From assembly GCA_046598045.1 (NCBI GenBank), contig JBKJJJ010000215.1, forward strand, positions 62,645 through 126,644: a stretch of DNA of 64,000 bases. Direction: 5' to 3'. Numbering within the stretch: position 1 is the first letter of the stretch; the number at the start of each line of letters is the position of its first letter. Below the pieces are notes generated by a model that saw nothing but the letters and a program-made list of their open reading frames with translations, was not told the DNA's origin and searched no databases. This DNA is from Candidatus Eiseniibacteriota bacterium (GTDB lineage: Bacteria > Eisenbacteria > RBG-16-71-46 > DASYSL01). Of this stretch, positions 1 through 9,517 are shown piece after piece. Made by a program: the position numbers and the translations under genes.

Positions 1-837
1 CGCACGGGTCCGATCGCGGCCACCGGGGCGCCGGTGAACCCCGCGCTCACCGACGCGGCGGCCCTGCTCGCCGCGCGCAAGCAGAAGCTCGGCCATCCCT
101 GGTTCCCGATGGTTCCGGGCGCGTACGTTGACTACCGCGTGACGCGCCTCGGCGTGGGGCTGCGCTACGTGCGCGTCGCGGTCGGCGCGCCGGAGCTCTT
201 CTTCGGGCGGCTCGCGACGCCGTTCGTCTACGACGACGTCCCCGGCCAGGTGCGCGACTCCACCCTGTACGGCCTGCACCAGTACTTCTCGATCTCGCCG
301 CGGGGCGACGTCTGGTTCCACGGCGCGCAGAACAACGGCTTCATGTCCCACACCGATCCGCCCGTGCGGCAGTTGCTCGCCTCGCCGACGCCGGGGGAGA
401 CGTGGGCGGACACGGTCCAGTTCGAGAGCTTCTTTCCGGGGATGGTCCTGTTCGTGCGCGACAACTACCTGTACTCGTGGACGCTCTCGGATCCGGCGAA
501 ACTCGTGCTGCCGGGCGGCGTCTTCCGGGCGGTGCGTGCCGGCGCGAGCATCGACGATGCGCCGGTCGCGGGCGTGCGCTCGCCCATGCACACCGAGGTC
601 GGTGGGCTCACGCCCGGGAACGCCGCGCTCGAGGCGTTCGCGCGACTCGGATTGACGCCGCTGCCCGAGCCGTTGCGCGGCTCATGGTTCTCGCGCCACG
701 ACGGCATGGTCGCGCGCGATTGGCCCTCGGGTGCGGGCGTGGTCAATCTCAACTCGGTGACGTTGGAGCGCATCGGGAGCGGGACCGGGCCGGTGCCGCC
801 GCCCACGCCACCACCCCTTCCGCCGGGTACCGGCTAA
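1..837 (+). CDS. Hypothetical protein, probably 5'-truncated by the window edge; Pro-rich C-terminus
   Basis: Frame open from position 1 to TAA at 835-837; protein-like composition; no family recognised. Confidence 0.65.
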   Translation, partial: RTGPIAATGAPVNPALTDAAALLAARKQKLGHPWFPMVPGAYVDYRVTRLGVGLRYVRVAVGAPELFFGRLATPFVYDDVPGQVRDSTLYGLHQYFSISPRGDVWFHGAQNNGFMSHTDPPVRQLLASPTPGETWADTVQFESFFPGMVLFVRDNYLYSWTLSDPAKLVLPGGVFRAVRAGASIDDAPVAGVRSPMHTEVGGLTPGNAALEAFARLGLTPLPEPLRGSWFSRHDGMVARDWPSGAGVVNLNSVTLERIGSGTGPVPPPTPPPLPPGTG

Positions 838-2228
838 GCCGCGGCGGAGAGCGGCCCGGCGTCGCTCATCGCGGCGGGATCCTCGGCGAGTCCGAGGATG
901 CGCTCCGATGCGTTCGCGTGATCGAACCCCAGGCGCGCCTCCTCCGACAACCACACCGACTCGTAGTGCCCCGGCTCGCCCGCGAGCGTGACGAACATCG
1001 CGCCCAGGAACAGCGCCCGTGCCCGCGTGTTCTGCGCCGCGCGTGCGAGCAGCGTGCGGAAGTCGGGCGTTGGCTCGCAGGCCACGACGAGGCAGCGCGC
1101 GGCCGCGTGCGCCATGGTTGACGCACGCACGCCGCGGACGAGGTCGAGCACGACGACCGAGGCGCCTTCGTGCAGCGCCTGGCGCAGGTCGGAGTCCAGG
1201 CGCTCGGCGGAGGTCGCGCGCAACGAGAGCGGGCCCTGCGCGGCCTCGGTGATGTCCTCGCCGAGCACCACGGTGAAGCGTCCGCGCACCGCGAACTCCT
1301 CGGCGAGCGCGCGCGCGGTCACGCTTCGGCCCGCGGCCGGCGGCGCGCCGAGCCAGACCAGGCCGCGGGGCGCGCCCGCCGCCTCGTCGAGCCACTCCTC
1401 GGGCAGGCCGGCGCTCGACCAGTCCATCACCGGCGGCACGCCGCGCAGGAACAGCGCCTCGCCGCCGGCCTCGTGCAACAGCGCGACGACGAACGCGCCG
1501 GCCGAGGAGGTCCGCCGCTGCGCGCCCACGCTCGCACCCAGCGCCGCGATCGCCATCGTCACGGTGTCGGGCGAGAGCACGCTCGGCAACGCGGTCATGT
1601 GGCCGTCCCTGAGGCCGAGCGCCGGCTCGCCGGGGCGCACCAGCACGGCCGAGTGCCCCGACGCGCGCGCCTCCTCCCACAGCCGCCCGAGCGGATCGTC
1701 GCTGCCGGTCGTGCCACCGCGCTCGCCGCGCAACGTCTGGAAGAGCTGGCGCAGTTCGTCGCCGGACTCCGAACGCTTGCGAATCGCCTCCTCGTGCGTC
1801 CACTGCTCCGGCCGGTCGCCCTCGGGGCCTTCGCCTCTCTGCGCGCGCTCCTCGCGGTGCTCGTCCATGAAGCGTGCGATGTCGAGGATCAGGGACTCGG
1901 TGCCGGTCTGGATGCTGCGCAGCGGCGGGGGCGGCTGGAGGCGGAACATGAAGGTGCCGCCGGTCCACGCGAAGATGCGGTAGGCGGCCTGCTCGCCGTC
2001 GGCGAGCGCGTCGTCCACCGCGTTGACGATCTGGCCGTGGTCGAAGTAGATCGCGCCGCGCTTGCCCAGGGCTTCGATCTCGAGCACGCCCGTCTTCTGT
2101 CCGAGCAGCAGGAACTGGCAGATCTCGAACAGGTCGGTCTGGTCGAGCCGCCCCGTCAGCAGGAGATTCTCGGGCACGCCGTGGGCCGTGCCGCCCTCGG
2201 CCACCAACCCCCCGCGTCCGCGACTCAT
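834..2228 (-). CDS. DUF4388 (PATAN-like) N-terminal domain fused to a degenerate PilT-like P-loop domain
   Basis: N-term LTGRLDQTDLFEICQFL..KTGVLEI..GAIYFDHGQIVNA..WTGGTF typical of DUF4388; C-term RGLVWLGAPPAAGRSVT parallels the PilT RGLVIVTGPPGSGKSTT; overlaps the pilT stop. Confidence 0.75.
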   Translation of the reverse strand: MSRGRGGLVAEGGTAHGVPENLLLTGRLDQTDLFEICQFLLLGQKTGVLEIEALGKRGAIYFDHGQIVNAVDDALADGEQAAYRIFAWTGGTFMFRLQPPPPLRSIQTGTESLILDIARFMDEHREERAQRGEGPEGDRPEQWTHEEAIRKRSESGDELRQLFQTLRGERGGTTGSDDPLGRLWEEARASGHSAVLVRPGEPALGLRDGHMTALPSVLSPDTVTMAIAALGASVGAQRRTSSAGAFVVALLHEAGGEALFLRGVPPVMDWSSAGLPEEWLDEAAGAPRGLVWLGAPPAAGRSVTARALAEEFAVRGRFTVVLGEDITEAAQGPLSLRATSAERLDSDLRQALHEGASVVVLDLVRGVRASTMAHAAARCLVVACEPTPDFRTLLARAAQNTRARALFLGAMFVTLAGEPGHYESVWLSEEARLGFDHANASERILGLAEDPAAMSDAGPLSAAA

Positions 2229-3493
2229 CCGCCGTTCCCTCCGACGCGCGCCGCGAGCGAGCCCGGCCGCACCGCGCCCGCGGGTCCGCCATTGTCCGCC
2301 GCTCCACCGAGCGCGCCGAGGATCCCCTTGAGCCCGCCGTCGGCGTCCCGGGCCGCGGCCGCCGCGGCCGTCGTGCCGGACTCGGTCGCGCCCGCGCCGT
2401 CGTCGCCCATCGCCGCGTCGCCCGCTGCGCGCGCGCCTTCGCGCGACGTGCGTTCGAGCGTGTCGGCGTCGATTCCGTAGCCCGCGGCCTCCTCGGCGGC
2501 GACGACGCCCTGGCGCACGAGCGTCAGCACCGAGTCCTCGAACGTGAGCATGCCGTCGCGCTTGCTGCTCTGCATGACGCTCGCGAGCTGGAACGTCTTC
2601 TTCTCGCGGATCAGGCTCGAGACCGCCGGCGTGCCGAACAGGATCTCGACCGCGGCCGCGCGTCCCCGGCCGTCGGCGCGCTTCAGGAGGCGCTGCGCGA
2701 CGATGCCCTTGAGCGATTCCGAGAGCTGGCTGCGCACCTGGTTCTGCTGGTCCGGGGGAAACGCGTCGAGGATGCGATCGACGGTCGCGATCGCGCTCTG
2801 CGTGTGCAGCGATCCGAGCACGAGCTGCCCGGTCTCGGCGGCGGAGATCGCGAGTGCGAGCGACTCACGGTCGCGCATCTCGCCCACGAGGATGACGTTC
2901 GGATCCTCGCGCAGCGAAGCCCGGAGCGCGTCCGCGAACGAGCGCGTGTTACGCCCGACCTCGCGCTGGTTCATGAGGCAGCGCTGGTTCTGGTGCACGT
3001 ACTCGATCGGGTCCTCGAGCGTGATCACGTGGCGTTTGCGCGTGCGGTTGATGTGGTCGACGATCGCAGCCAGCGTGGTCGATTTTCCGCTGCCGGGCGG
3101 GCCGGTCACGATCACCAGGCCGCGGTTCATCTCCGCGAAGCGCAGGACCTGCGGCGGCAGCCCGAGCTGCTCGACGGTCAGGATGCGCGTGGGGAGCAGG
3201 CGGAACGCGGCCGCCATGCCGTTGGTCTGCTGGTACACGTTGCAGCGCAGGCGCACGACGGTCGGGACCTCGTACGCGAAGTCCACCTCCTCGAGGCCCT
3301 GGTAGCGCGCCATCTGCTCCTCGGTCATGATCTCGGCAAGCAGGCCGACGATGACCTCCGAGGTCAGCGGCTCGTACTCGATGGGCTGCAAATCACCGTG
3401 AATCCGGAGCATCGGGGGCGAGCCCGAGACCAGGTGAAGGTCCGAGGCCCCCTGGGCCTGGACCAGTTGCAGGATCGAATCGATGCGTGGCAC
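2225..3493 (-). CDS. pilT: Type IV pilus retraction ATPase PilT
   Basis: GASDLHL, GPPGSGKSTT Walker A, TLEDPIEY, LREDPNVILVGEMRD, ETGQLVLGSLHT; GTG start at 3493 after a GGGGAAGGGG RBS. Confidence 0.93.
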   Translation of the reverse strand: MPRIDSILQLVQAQGASDLHLVSGSPPMLRIHGDLQPIEYEPLTSEVIVGLLAEIMTEEQMARYQGLEEVDFAYEVPTVVRLRCNVYQQTNGMAAAFRLLPTRILTVEQLGLPPQVLRFAEMNRGLVIVTGPPGSGKSTTLAAIVDHINRTRKRHVITLEDPIEYVHQNQRCLMNQREVGRNTRSFADALRASLREDPNVILVGEMRDRESLALAISAAETGQLVLGSLHTQSAIATVDRILDAFPPDQQNQVRSQLSESLKGIVAQRLLKRADGRGRAAAVEILFGTPAVSSLIREKKTFQLASVMQSSKRDGMLTFEDSVLTLVRQGVVAAEEAAGYGIDADTLERTSREGARAAGDAAMGDDGAGATESGTTAAAAAARDADGGLKGILGALGGAADNGGPAGAVRPGSLAARVGGNGG

Positions 3494-3549
3494 GTGACCC
3501 CTTCCCCGACGCAGGCGACACCTGAGAACCGGTAAGCGGTTTCGCCACT

Positions 3550-3565
3550 TGCAAGACAAGTGCCA
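3550..3565 (-). promoter_or_regulatory. Sigma54 (-24/-12) promoter for pilT
   Basis: Minus strand reads TGGCAC-TTGTC-TTGCA, a match to TGGCAC-N5-TTGCW, about 57 nt upstream of the pilT start. Confidence 0.8.
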
Positions 3566-3745
3566 TGCACAACGTGCAACATGCGGCGGAGAATCGCCGC
3601 GTCCACGCGCACTCGGAGCGCACGCGATCCGCCCCGGTCCGGATCGTGCGAATTCCCCGTGCGGAGAGCACGGGCGCCCGTGCAGGGCGCACGCACTCCC
3701 GCGCGGCCCCTGCCCGAAATCCCGCGCCCAGCGCGATCCGGCGGC

Positions 3746-3761
3746 TGGCACATGGCCTGCA
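3746..3761 (+). promoter_or_regulatory. Sigma54 (-24/-12) promoter for the 3839..4420 gene
   Basis: TGGCAC-ATGGC-CTGCA with correct GG-N10-GC spacing. Confidence 0.65.
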
Positions 3762-3838
3762 ATGGGAGGAGGGGACCGCTGCAGGAGCTGCCCGTCGGGT
3801 GGCGCGCGGCGGATGTCGCTGGAGCCAAGGAGAGCCCC

Positions 3839-4420
3839 GTGTTCCGCGTCCCCAAGTGTCGAGCCACGGTCAAGCTGTGCGGGATGGATGGGTCGGTCAC
3901 GCGCGGCGCGCTGTTCGTCGATCCCGCGAGTCCGAGACATGGCGGACAGCAGACGATCCTCGAGCGCCTGAATGGCCCCGAAGGGTTCATCGTTCTCGAG
4001 GTGGGGGACGCCGGCCAGATCGAGATCTTTCAGAAGCGCCACCTGCTGCGAGTGACGCCCACGGGCGAGATGCCGATGGACCACGTCTTCGTCCCGGACG
4101 GCCTGGTGACGCGCCAGGAGGACGTCGTGCTGACCATGACGAACGGCAGCACGATGCACGGACGGATCTGGATGGGCCTGCCGCATGATCGGTCGCGGCT
4201 CTCGGACTTCCTCAACATGGGCGAGGAGTTCTTTCCCCTGCTGATCCCGGGCGGCATTCATCTCGTGCGCACCGACGCCGTGGTCAAGGCCGTGCCGCTG
4301 GTGGACGCACCGACCGGCGAGGAAGTGACCAGGGAGGACCTCAACGCGATCCAGAACACGTTCCGGGAATCGTTCGAGCACGCGGGCGGCACCGTGCGCC
4401 CCGGGCTCGGCCGCGACTGA
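3839..4420 (+). CDS. Conserved hypothetical protein with two internal repeats (DUF6812-like)
   Basis: AAGGAG RBS before GTG at 3839; repeats G.V.RGALFV..ILERLNG.EGF and G.TMHGRIWM..RLSDFLNMGEEFFP. Confidence 0.65.
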   Translation: MFRVPKCRATVKLCGMDGSVTRGALFVDPASPRHGGQQTILERLNGPEGFIVLEVGDAGQIEIFQKRHLLRVTPTGEMPMDHVFVPDGLVTRQEDVVLTMTNGSTMHGRIWMGLPHDRSRLSDFLNMGEEFFPLLIPGGIHLVRTDAVVKAVPLVDAPTGEEVTREDLNAIQNTFRESFEHAGGTVRPGLGRD

Positions 4421-4426
4421 ATCGTC

Positions 4427-5008
4427 TTAGGCGGGGATCGTGGCCGCGATCCGTGCCACGACGTCGGCCGGGTCGCGCGCGACTTCGACGAAGCGCGCGA
4501 GCTCCGGCGCGACGAGCCCGGGCGCGGTCACGGCGCGCATGAATTCCTCGTAGGGCCCGCCGAGGCAGACCAGCGGCGCCTGGGGGCGACCGTCGACGGC
4601 GAGCAGGTTCCAGGTCAGGAAGAGTTCCGCCATCGTGCCCACCGATCCCTCGAGCACCACGAACGCCGCGGCCACGTGCACGAGATAATCGAGCCGCTCG
4701 AGCAGCGTCGTCGTGTCCTCGCGATGGCTCAGGTGCGGATTCGCCGGGCGGTGGTTGAACAGCGCGGTGGTCACGCCGATGACCGGCGCGCCGCCCTTCG
4801 CGGCGCCCTCGCTCACCGCCTCCATCGCGCCGGCATAGCCCCCGTTCATCACGGCGTATCCGGCGCGCGCGAGGCGCTCTCCCAGTTCCACCGCGACCGC
4901 CCAGGCCGGCTTCTCACGCGTCAGCGTGCTCGAGCCGAACACTGCGACGATCTTGCGATCGGTCGGTGGCGTGAAGCGCGGCGGCATCACCCGTGGGGCG
5001 GGGGACAT
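4427..5008 (-). CDS. LOG / lysine decarboxylase-like family nucleotide phosphoribohydrolase
   Basis: VAVFGSS, NGGYAGAMEAVSEGA, EGSVGTMAEL motifs. Confidence 0.85.
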   Translation of the reverse strand: MSPAPRVMPPRFTPPTDRKIVAVFGSSTLTREKPAWAVAVELGERLARAGYAVMNGGYAGAMEAVSEGAAKGGAPVIGVTTALFNHRPANPHLSHREDTTTLLERLDYLVHVAAAFVVLEGSVGTMAELFLTWNLLAVDGRPQAPLVCLGGPYEEFMRAVTAPGLVAPELARFVEVARDPADVVARIAATIPA

Positions 5009-5015
5009 GGATCTC

Positions 5016-5387
5016 TCAGACCGAAAACGACTCGCCGCACGAGCACGAGCGCTTTGCGTTCGGATTGACGAACTTGAAGCCCCTGTCCATGAGCGAGACC
5101 GTGTAGTCGAGTGTCGTCCCGGCGAGGAAAAGCTGGCTCTTGATGTCGAGGAACACCCTGAGGCCGTCGACCTCGATCACCTGGTCGCCCTTGCGCGCCT
5201 CGCGCTCGAACTCGAGCATGTAGGACAGCCCCGAGCAACCGCCTCCGCGCACGCCGACGCGCAGGCCGTGGTCCTCCTTGCCGTGCTTGGCGAGCATCTC
5301 CCGCGCCTTGGTGACCGCGAGGGGCGTGACGGTGATCAGCGGTCGCGTCGGCTTCGTGGCGGCGGCCGGGGTCGTGGTTTCGGACAT
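5016..5387 (-). CDS. iscA: Fe-S cluster A-type carrier protein (IscA/HesB)
   Basis: RVGVRGGGCSGLSY and NPNAKRSCSCGESF motifs; ATG at 5387. Confidence 0.93.
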   Translation of the reverse strand: MSETTTPAAATKPTRPLITVTPLAVTKAREMLAKHGKEDHGLRVGVRGGGCSGLSYMLEFEREARKGDQVIEVDGLRVFLDIKSQLFLAGTTLDYTVSLMDRGFKFVNPNAKRSCSCGESFSV

Positions 5388-5407
5388 GCGGCAAAGTCCT
5401 CCTGGGT

Positions 5408-6634
5408 TCAGCGGTCGCGCAGGCGCGCCGGGCCGGCTGCGGTCTCCGCCGCGCGGCGCAGGCCGCCCTCGGCGGTCGCAAGCTCGCGCAGGCGCGTGAC
5501 GGTCGCGACCACCTGGTCGGCGACGAAATCGACTTCTTCCCCGGTATTGAAGCGCCCGAGGCCAAAACGGATCGAGGCGTGCGCGCGGTCCGCGCCCACG
5601 CCCAGCGCGCGGATCACGTGCGAGGGTTCGACCGACGCCGAGCTGCACGCCGAGCCCGACGACACCGCGACGTCGCGCAATGCGAGCAGCAGCGCCTCGC
5701 CTTCGACGCCGTCGAACGACAGGTTCAGGTTCCCGGCGAGCCGCGCGCCCACCGACATCGTGCCGTTGACGTGCACGCCGTCCAGCCGCGCGACGATGCG
5801 CTCGAGCAGGCGGTCGCGCAGCGCGGCGACGCGCGGCGCCTCGGCCGGCATGGTCTCGAGCGCGAGCGCGCAAGCGGCGCCGAGCCCGACGATTCCCGGC
5901 ACATCGAGCGTCCCGGAGCGCATGCCCTTCTCGTGGCCCCCGCCATCGAACAGGGGCGTCAGCCGGACCTTCGGGCGACGGCGCACGTAGAGCGCGCCGA
6001 CACCCTTCGGCCCGTACAGCTTGTGTCCCGACAGCGCGAGCAGGTCGACCTGCGCGGCCTCGACGTCGATCGGGATCCTGCCCACCGCCTGCGTGGCGTC
6101 GACCGCGAACAGCGCGCCTTTCGCACGCGCGATGCGGCCGATCTCGGCGATCGGCTGGATCGTGCCGATCTCGTTGTTCGCCCACATCACCGACACCACG
6201 GTCGTCCGGTCGTCGATCGCGTCCGCCAGCCGGGCGAGGTCGACGAGCCCGTCCGGACGGACCGAAAGCACCGTGACGCGAAAACCCTCGGCCTCGAGCG
6301 CGTGCACCGGATCGAGGACCGCCTTGTGCTCGGTCGCGAGCGTGACCACGTGGTCGCCGCGCTCCTTGTAGTGCCGGGCCGCGCCCTTGAGCATGAGGTT
6401 GTCGCTCTCGGTCGCGCCCGAGGTGAACACGATCTCGGCGGGCGACGCCCCGATCGCGCGCGCCACCTGCTCGCGCGCGTCGTTCACCGCCTGCTCGGCC
6501 TTCCAGCCGAAGACGTGGCTCTTGCTCGCGGCGTTGCCGTAGTGCGTCGTGAAATAGGGCAGCATCGCCTCGAGCACCCGCGGGTCGCAGGCGGTCGTGG
6601 CGTGGTTGTCCATGTAGACGGGCAGTTGCAGCAC
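5408..6634 (-). CDS. iscS: Cysteine desulfurase IscS
   Basis: [28 protein letters not shown] (PLP Lys), SSGSACSS (catalytic Cys). Confidence 0.95.
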   Translation of the reverse strand: MLQLPVYMDNHATTACDPRVLEAMLPYFTTHYGNAASKSHVFGWKAEQAVNDAREQVARAIGASPAEIVFTSGATESDNLMLKGAARHYKERGDHVVTLATEHKAVLDPVHALEAEGFRVTVLSVRPDGLVDLARLADAIDDRTTVVSVMWANNEIGTIQPIAEIGRIARAKGALFAVDATQAVGRIPIDVEAAQVDLLALSGHKLYGPKGVGALYVRRRPKVRLTPLFDGGGHEKGMRSGTLDVPGIVGLGAACALALETMPAEAPRVAALRDRLLERIVARLDGVHVNGTMSVGARLAGNLNLSFDGVEGEALLLALRDVAVSSGSACSSASVEPSHVIRALGVGADRAHASIRFGLGRFNTGEEVDFVADQVVATVTRLRELATAEGGLRRAAETAAGPARLRDR

Positions 6635-6771
6635 GGCGGCACCTCCGGACGTCGCCCCATCTTAACCCACCTGCCCGTTGGATGCGCACCGGCCTCCGGG
6701 ATTGCACGGAGTTGGCCGAATGGGAGACCTCCCCGATTGCGCGCCGGCCGCCGCGCCCCTAGGGTGCGAAC

Positions 6772-7599
6772 ATGCGCCGCGCCGCCATGCTCGCCCTCGC
6801 CGTCCTATCCGCCGCTCCCACAGGCGCCTCCGGGCACGTGGGCGAGGTGCTGCTGTCCGAGCGCGCCGCCCTGGCGCTCGGCGTCGCGCGGGGCGACACG
6901 GTCGACGCCGCGCCCACCGCCGCGTTCGCCGCGCCCGAGCGCTACGTGGTCTCGGGCATTTACCGTCCGCAAGCCGACCCGGTCGAGGTCGGCCGCGACA
7001 GCCGCTACGCGCGCTTTCATGCGGACGATCTCGAGCGCCTCTCGGGCCAGCGCGACGCGGTCCAGCGCTTCGTGTTGCGGATCTCCAATCCCGCCCGCGC
7101 CGCCCTCGTGCGCGACCGGCTCCAGCGCAGCGCGGTCGGGTTCGACGCGTGGACCAGCCAGGACCTCGCCGACCGCGCCTCGGGCACGTTCGTCGTGATC
7201 TCGCGCTTCCAGCGCGCGATCGCCTGGCTCGCGCTCGCGGCGGGCTCGATCTTCCTGGTCACGCTCATGGTCCTCAAGGTCGAGGAGCGGCGGCGCGAGC
7301 TCGCCTCGCTCACCCTGATGGGTATCTCGCGGCGGACGATCCTGAGCAGCCTCGCGCTCGAATCGCTCGTGGTGGCGGCGGTGGGTGGCGTGCTCGGAGT
7401 CCTGCTCGGGCTCCTCGCACAGGCCGGGATCAACGGCTACTTCCAGCGCTACTACGCGACCGACCTCCTGTTCTCGCGGGTCAGCCCCACGGTCGCGCTC
7501 ACCGCGGTCCTGCTCGCGCTGCCGCTCGGGGTCGCCGCCGCGGCGGTCGCCGCGTGGCGGCTGCTCAAGACGCGCGGGCTGACGCGGGGCGCGCGGTGA
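6772..7599 (+). CDS. FtsX-like ABC permease, C-terminal half (signal peptide instead of TM1)
   Basis: VEERRRELASLTLMGISRRTI..LESLVVAAVGGVLGVLLG FtsX motif; short N-terminus resembling a signal peptide. Confidence 0.8.
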   Translation: MRRAAMLALAVLSAAPTGASGHVGEVLLSERAALALGVARGDTVDAAPTAAFAAPERYVVSGIYRPQADPVEVGRDSRYARFHADDLERLSGQRDAVQRFVLRISNPARAALVRDRLQRSAVGFDAWTSQDLADRASGTFVVISRFQRAIAWLALAAGSIFLVTLMVLKVEERRRELASLTLMGISRRTILSSLALESLVVAAVGGVLGVLLGLLAQAGINGYFQRYYATDLLFSRVSPTVALTAVLLALPLGVAAAAVAAWRLLKTRGLTRGAR

Positions 7600-8828
7600 T
7601 CGCCTTCCTCGCGCGGCGGAATCTCGTGCGCCAGCGAGCGCGCACGCTGCTGTGCGCGCTCGGGCTCGCGGTCTCGACCGCGCTGCTCTACGACATGGCG
7701 CTGCTCGCCTCGGGGCTCAAGGCGAGTCTCGCGCACGTGCTCGAGCAGATCGGCTACGACCTGCGCGTGTTGCCCCGCGGTGGGCTGCCGTTCTCGAGCG
7801 ACGCCGTGCTGCCCGGCGGCCACGCGCTGGCGAACGACCTCGCCGGGATCCCGGGCGTCGCCGGGGTGGAACCGCTGTGGGCGACCACGCTCTATCTCGA
7901 GCCGCGCGCCGGGGCCGGCCCCACCCGGCGGGCGGTGAGCGCATTCGCGCTCGGCCTCGAGCCCGCGCGCCAGACCATGTACCGCATCGAGCAGGGCGCC
8001 GCGATCGCGCCCCGCGACTCCACGCGCCCGCCGGGCGATGACGACGCGACGCCGGTCGTGCTCAACGCGCTCGCGGCGCGCGCGCTCGGCGCGGGGCCGG
8101 GCGACACGCTCCTCGCCTCGGCCACGCTCGACGCGGTCCAAGGCGGCGCCGCGCGGCCCGTGCACCTCGTGGTCACGGGCATCGCGCAGTTTCGCTTCGA
8201 CATGCGCACGCAGCGCTCGCTCTCGCTCCGCCCTGGAGACCTCGCGCGCCTCGCCGGGCGAGGCGACGACCCGGCGTCGTTCCTGCTCGGGCGCCTCGCG
8301 CCCGGCGGTTCGGCGCGCGCGGTGGGCGCGCGCTGGGAGGCGCTCCACCCGGAGACCGAGTTTCACGAGGTGAGCGAGATGCTCGCCGAGGTGCGTGGGC
8401 AGCTCTCCTACTTCCGGCAATTCTCGCTCATCCTCGGCACGGTCAGCCTGCTGGTCACCTTCCTGCTCGTGCTCACGCTGCAGACGCTGTCGGTCAACGA
8501 ACGCCAGGGCGAGATCGCGATCCTGCGCGCGCTCGGCCTGCGCTCGTCGCGCGTCGTCCGGCTCGTGCTGGCCGAGGGCCTTGCGCTCGCCCTGCTCGCG
8601 CTCGGACCGGGGATCGCGCTCGGCGCGCTCGCCGCGCGCGGCCTCGATAAGATCCTCACCAGTTCGCCGGGGCTGCCGGTCGGGCTGTCGTTCTTCGTGT
8701 TCACGCCCGGCGCGCTCGCGCGCACCGCCCTGCTCGTGCTCGTCACCGCGACGCTTGCCGGCGCCTACCCGGCGTGGCTCGCCGCGCGGACGAACGTCGC
8801 GCTCACGCTACACCGGGAGGTGACTTGA
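7596..8828 (+). CDS. MacB/FtsX-type ABC permease
   Basis: GTGA overlap start; LARRNLVRQRARTLL and SVNERQGEIAILRALG motifs. Confidence 0.88.
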   Translation: MIAFLARRNLVRQRARTLLCALGLAVSTALLYDMALLASGLKASLAHVLEQIGYDLRVLPRGGLPFSSDAVLPGGHALANDLAGIPGVAGVEPLWATTLYLEPRAGAGPTRRAVSAFALGLEPARQTMYRIEQGAAIAPRDSTRPPGDDDATPVVLNALAARALGAGPGDTLLASATLDAVQGGAARPVHLVVTGIAQFRFDMRTQRSLSLRPGDLARLAGRGDDPASFLLGRLAPGGSARAVGARWEALHPETEFHEVSEMLAEVRGQLSYFRQFSLILGTVSLLVTFLLVLTLQTLSVNERQGEIAILRALGLRSSRVVRLVLAEGLALALLALGPGIALGALAARGLDKILTSSPGLPVGLSFFVFTPGALARTALLVLVTATLAGAYPAWLAARTNVALTLHREVT

Positions 8829-9517
8829 ACGCATCCCAGGTCGTGGTCGAGGCACGCCACGCGACCAAGCTCTACCCGATGCCCGCAGGCGACGTGCGCG
8901 CGCTCAGCGACGTGTCGCTCGCCGTGCCGTCGGGCGACTACCTCGCGCTGATGGGCCCGAGCGGCTGCGGCAAGAGCACGCTCCTCAACCTCTTCGGCGC
9001 GGTCGATCTCCCGAGCACCGGCAAGGTCGTGCTCGAAGGTCAGGATACCGGTGTGCTCGGGGACGGCGAGCGCACCGCGCTACGGCTCACGCGCGTCGGG
9101 TTCGTGTTCCAGCGCTTCTTCCTCCTGCCCATGCTGACGGCGTACGAGAACGTGCTGCTGCCCATGCTCGAGGCGCGCATGCCGCGCGCCGAGCGCGAGG
9201 CGCGCGCGCTCGAGCTGCTCGAGTACGTCGGCCTCGCCGGCCGCCGGGACCACCGCACCGCGCAGCTCTCGGGCGGGGAGATGCAGCGTGTCGCGATCGC
9301 GCGCGCGCTCGCGAACCGGCCGCGCCTGCTGCTCGCCGACGAGCCGACCGGGGAACTCGACGAGGCCACCGGCGACGTCATCGCCCGCCTGCTCGCGCGC
9401 CTCTCGGCCGACGGGCTGACGATCGTGCTCGTGACCCACAACCCCGTGCTCGCGGCGCAGGCGCGTCGCACGCTCCACCTGCGCGACGGGCGCGTGGTCG
9501 AGGAGACCTACAGCTGA
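8825..9517 (+). CDS. LolD/MacB-type ABC transporter ATP-binding protein
   Basis: GPSGCGKST, LSGGEMQRVAIARAL, LLADEPTGELD, VTHN; TTG start overlapping the upstream stop. Confidence 0.92.
   Translation: MNASQVVVEARHATKLYPMPAGDVRALSDVSLAVPSGDYLALMGPSGCGKSTLLNLFGAVDLPSTGKVVLEGQDTGVLGDGERTALRLTRVGFVFQRFFLLPMLTAYENVLLPMLEARMPRAEREARALELLEYVGLAGRRDHRTAQLSGGEMQRVAIARALANRPRLLLADEPTGELDEATGDVIARLLARLSADGLTIVLVTHNPVLAAQARRTLHLRDGRVVEETYS

Noticed and set aside
3566..3578. TGCAC-AAC-GTGCA as a second SOS box
   Set aside because: The spacer is 3 nt rather than 4 and it is not at a repair gene; kept only as a possible activator site
3494..4381. Apparent 295-aa N-terminal extension of PilT in ORF 2225..4381
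   Set aside because: It is antisense to the 3839..4420 gene and spans the promoters; PilT homology starts at GTG 3493
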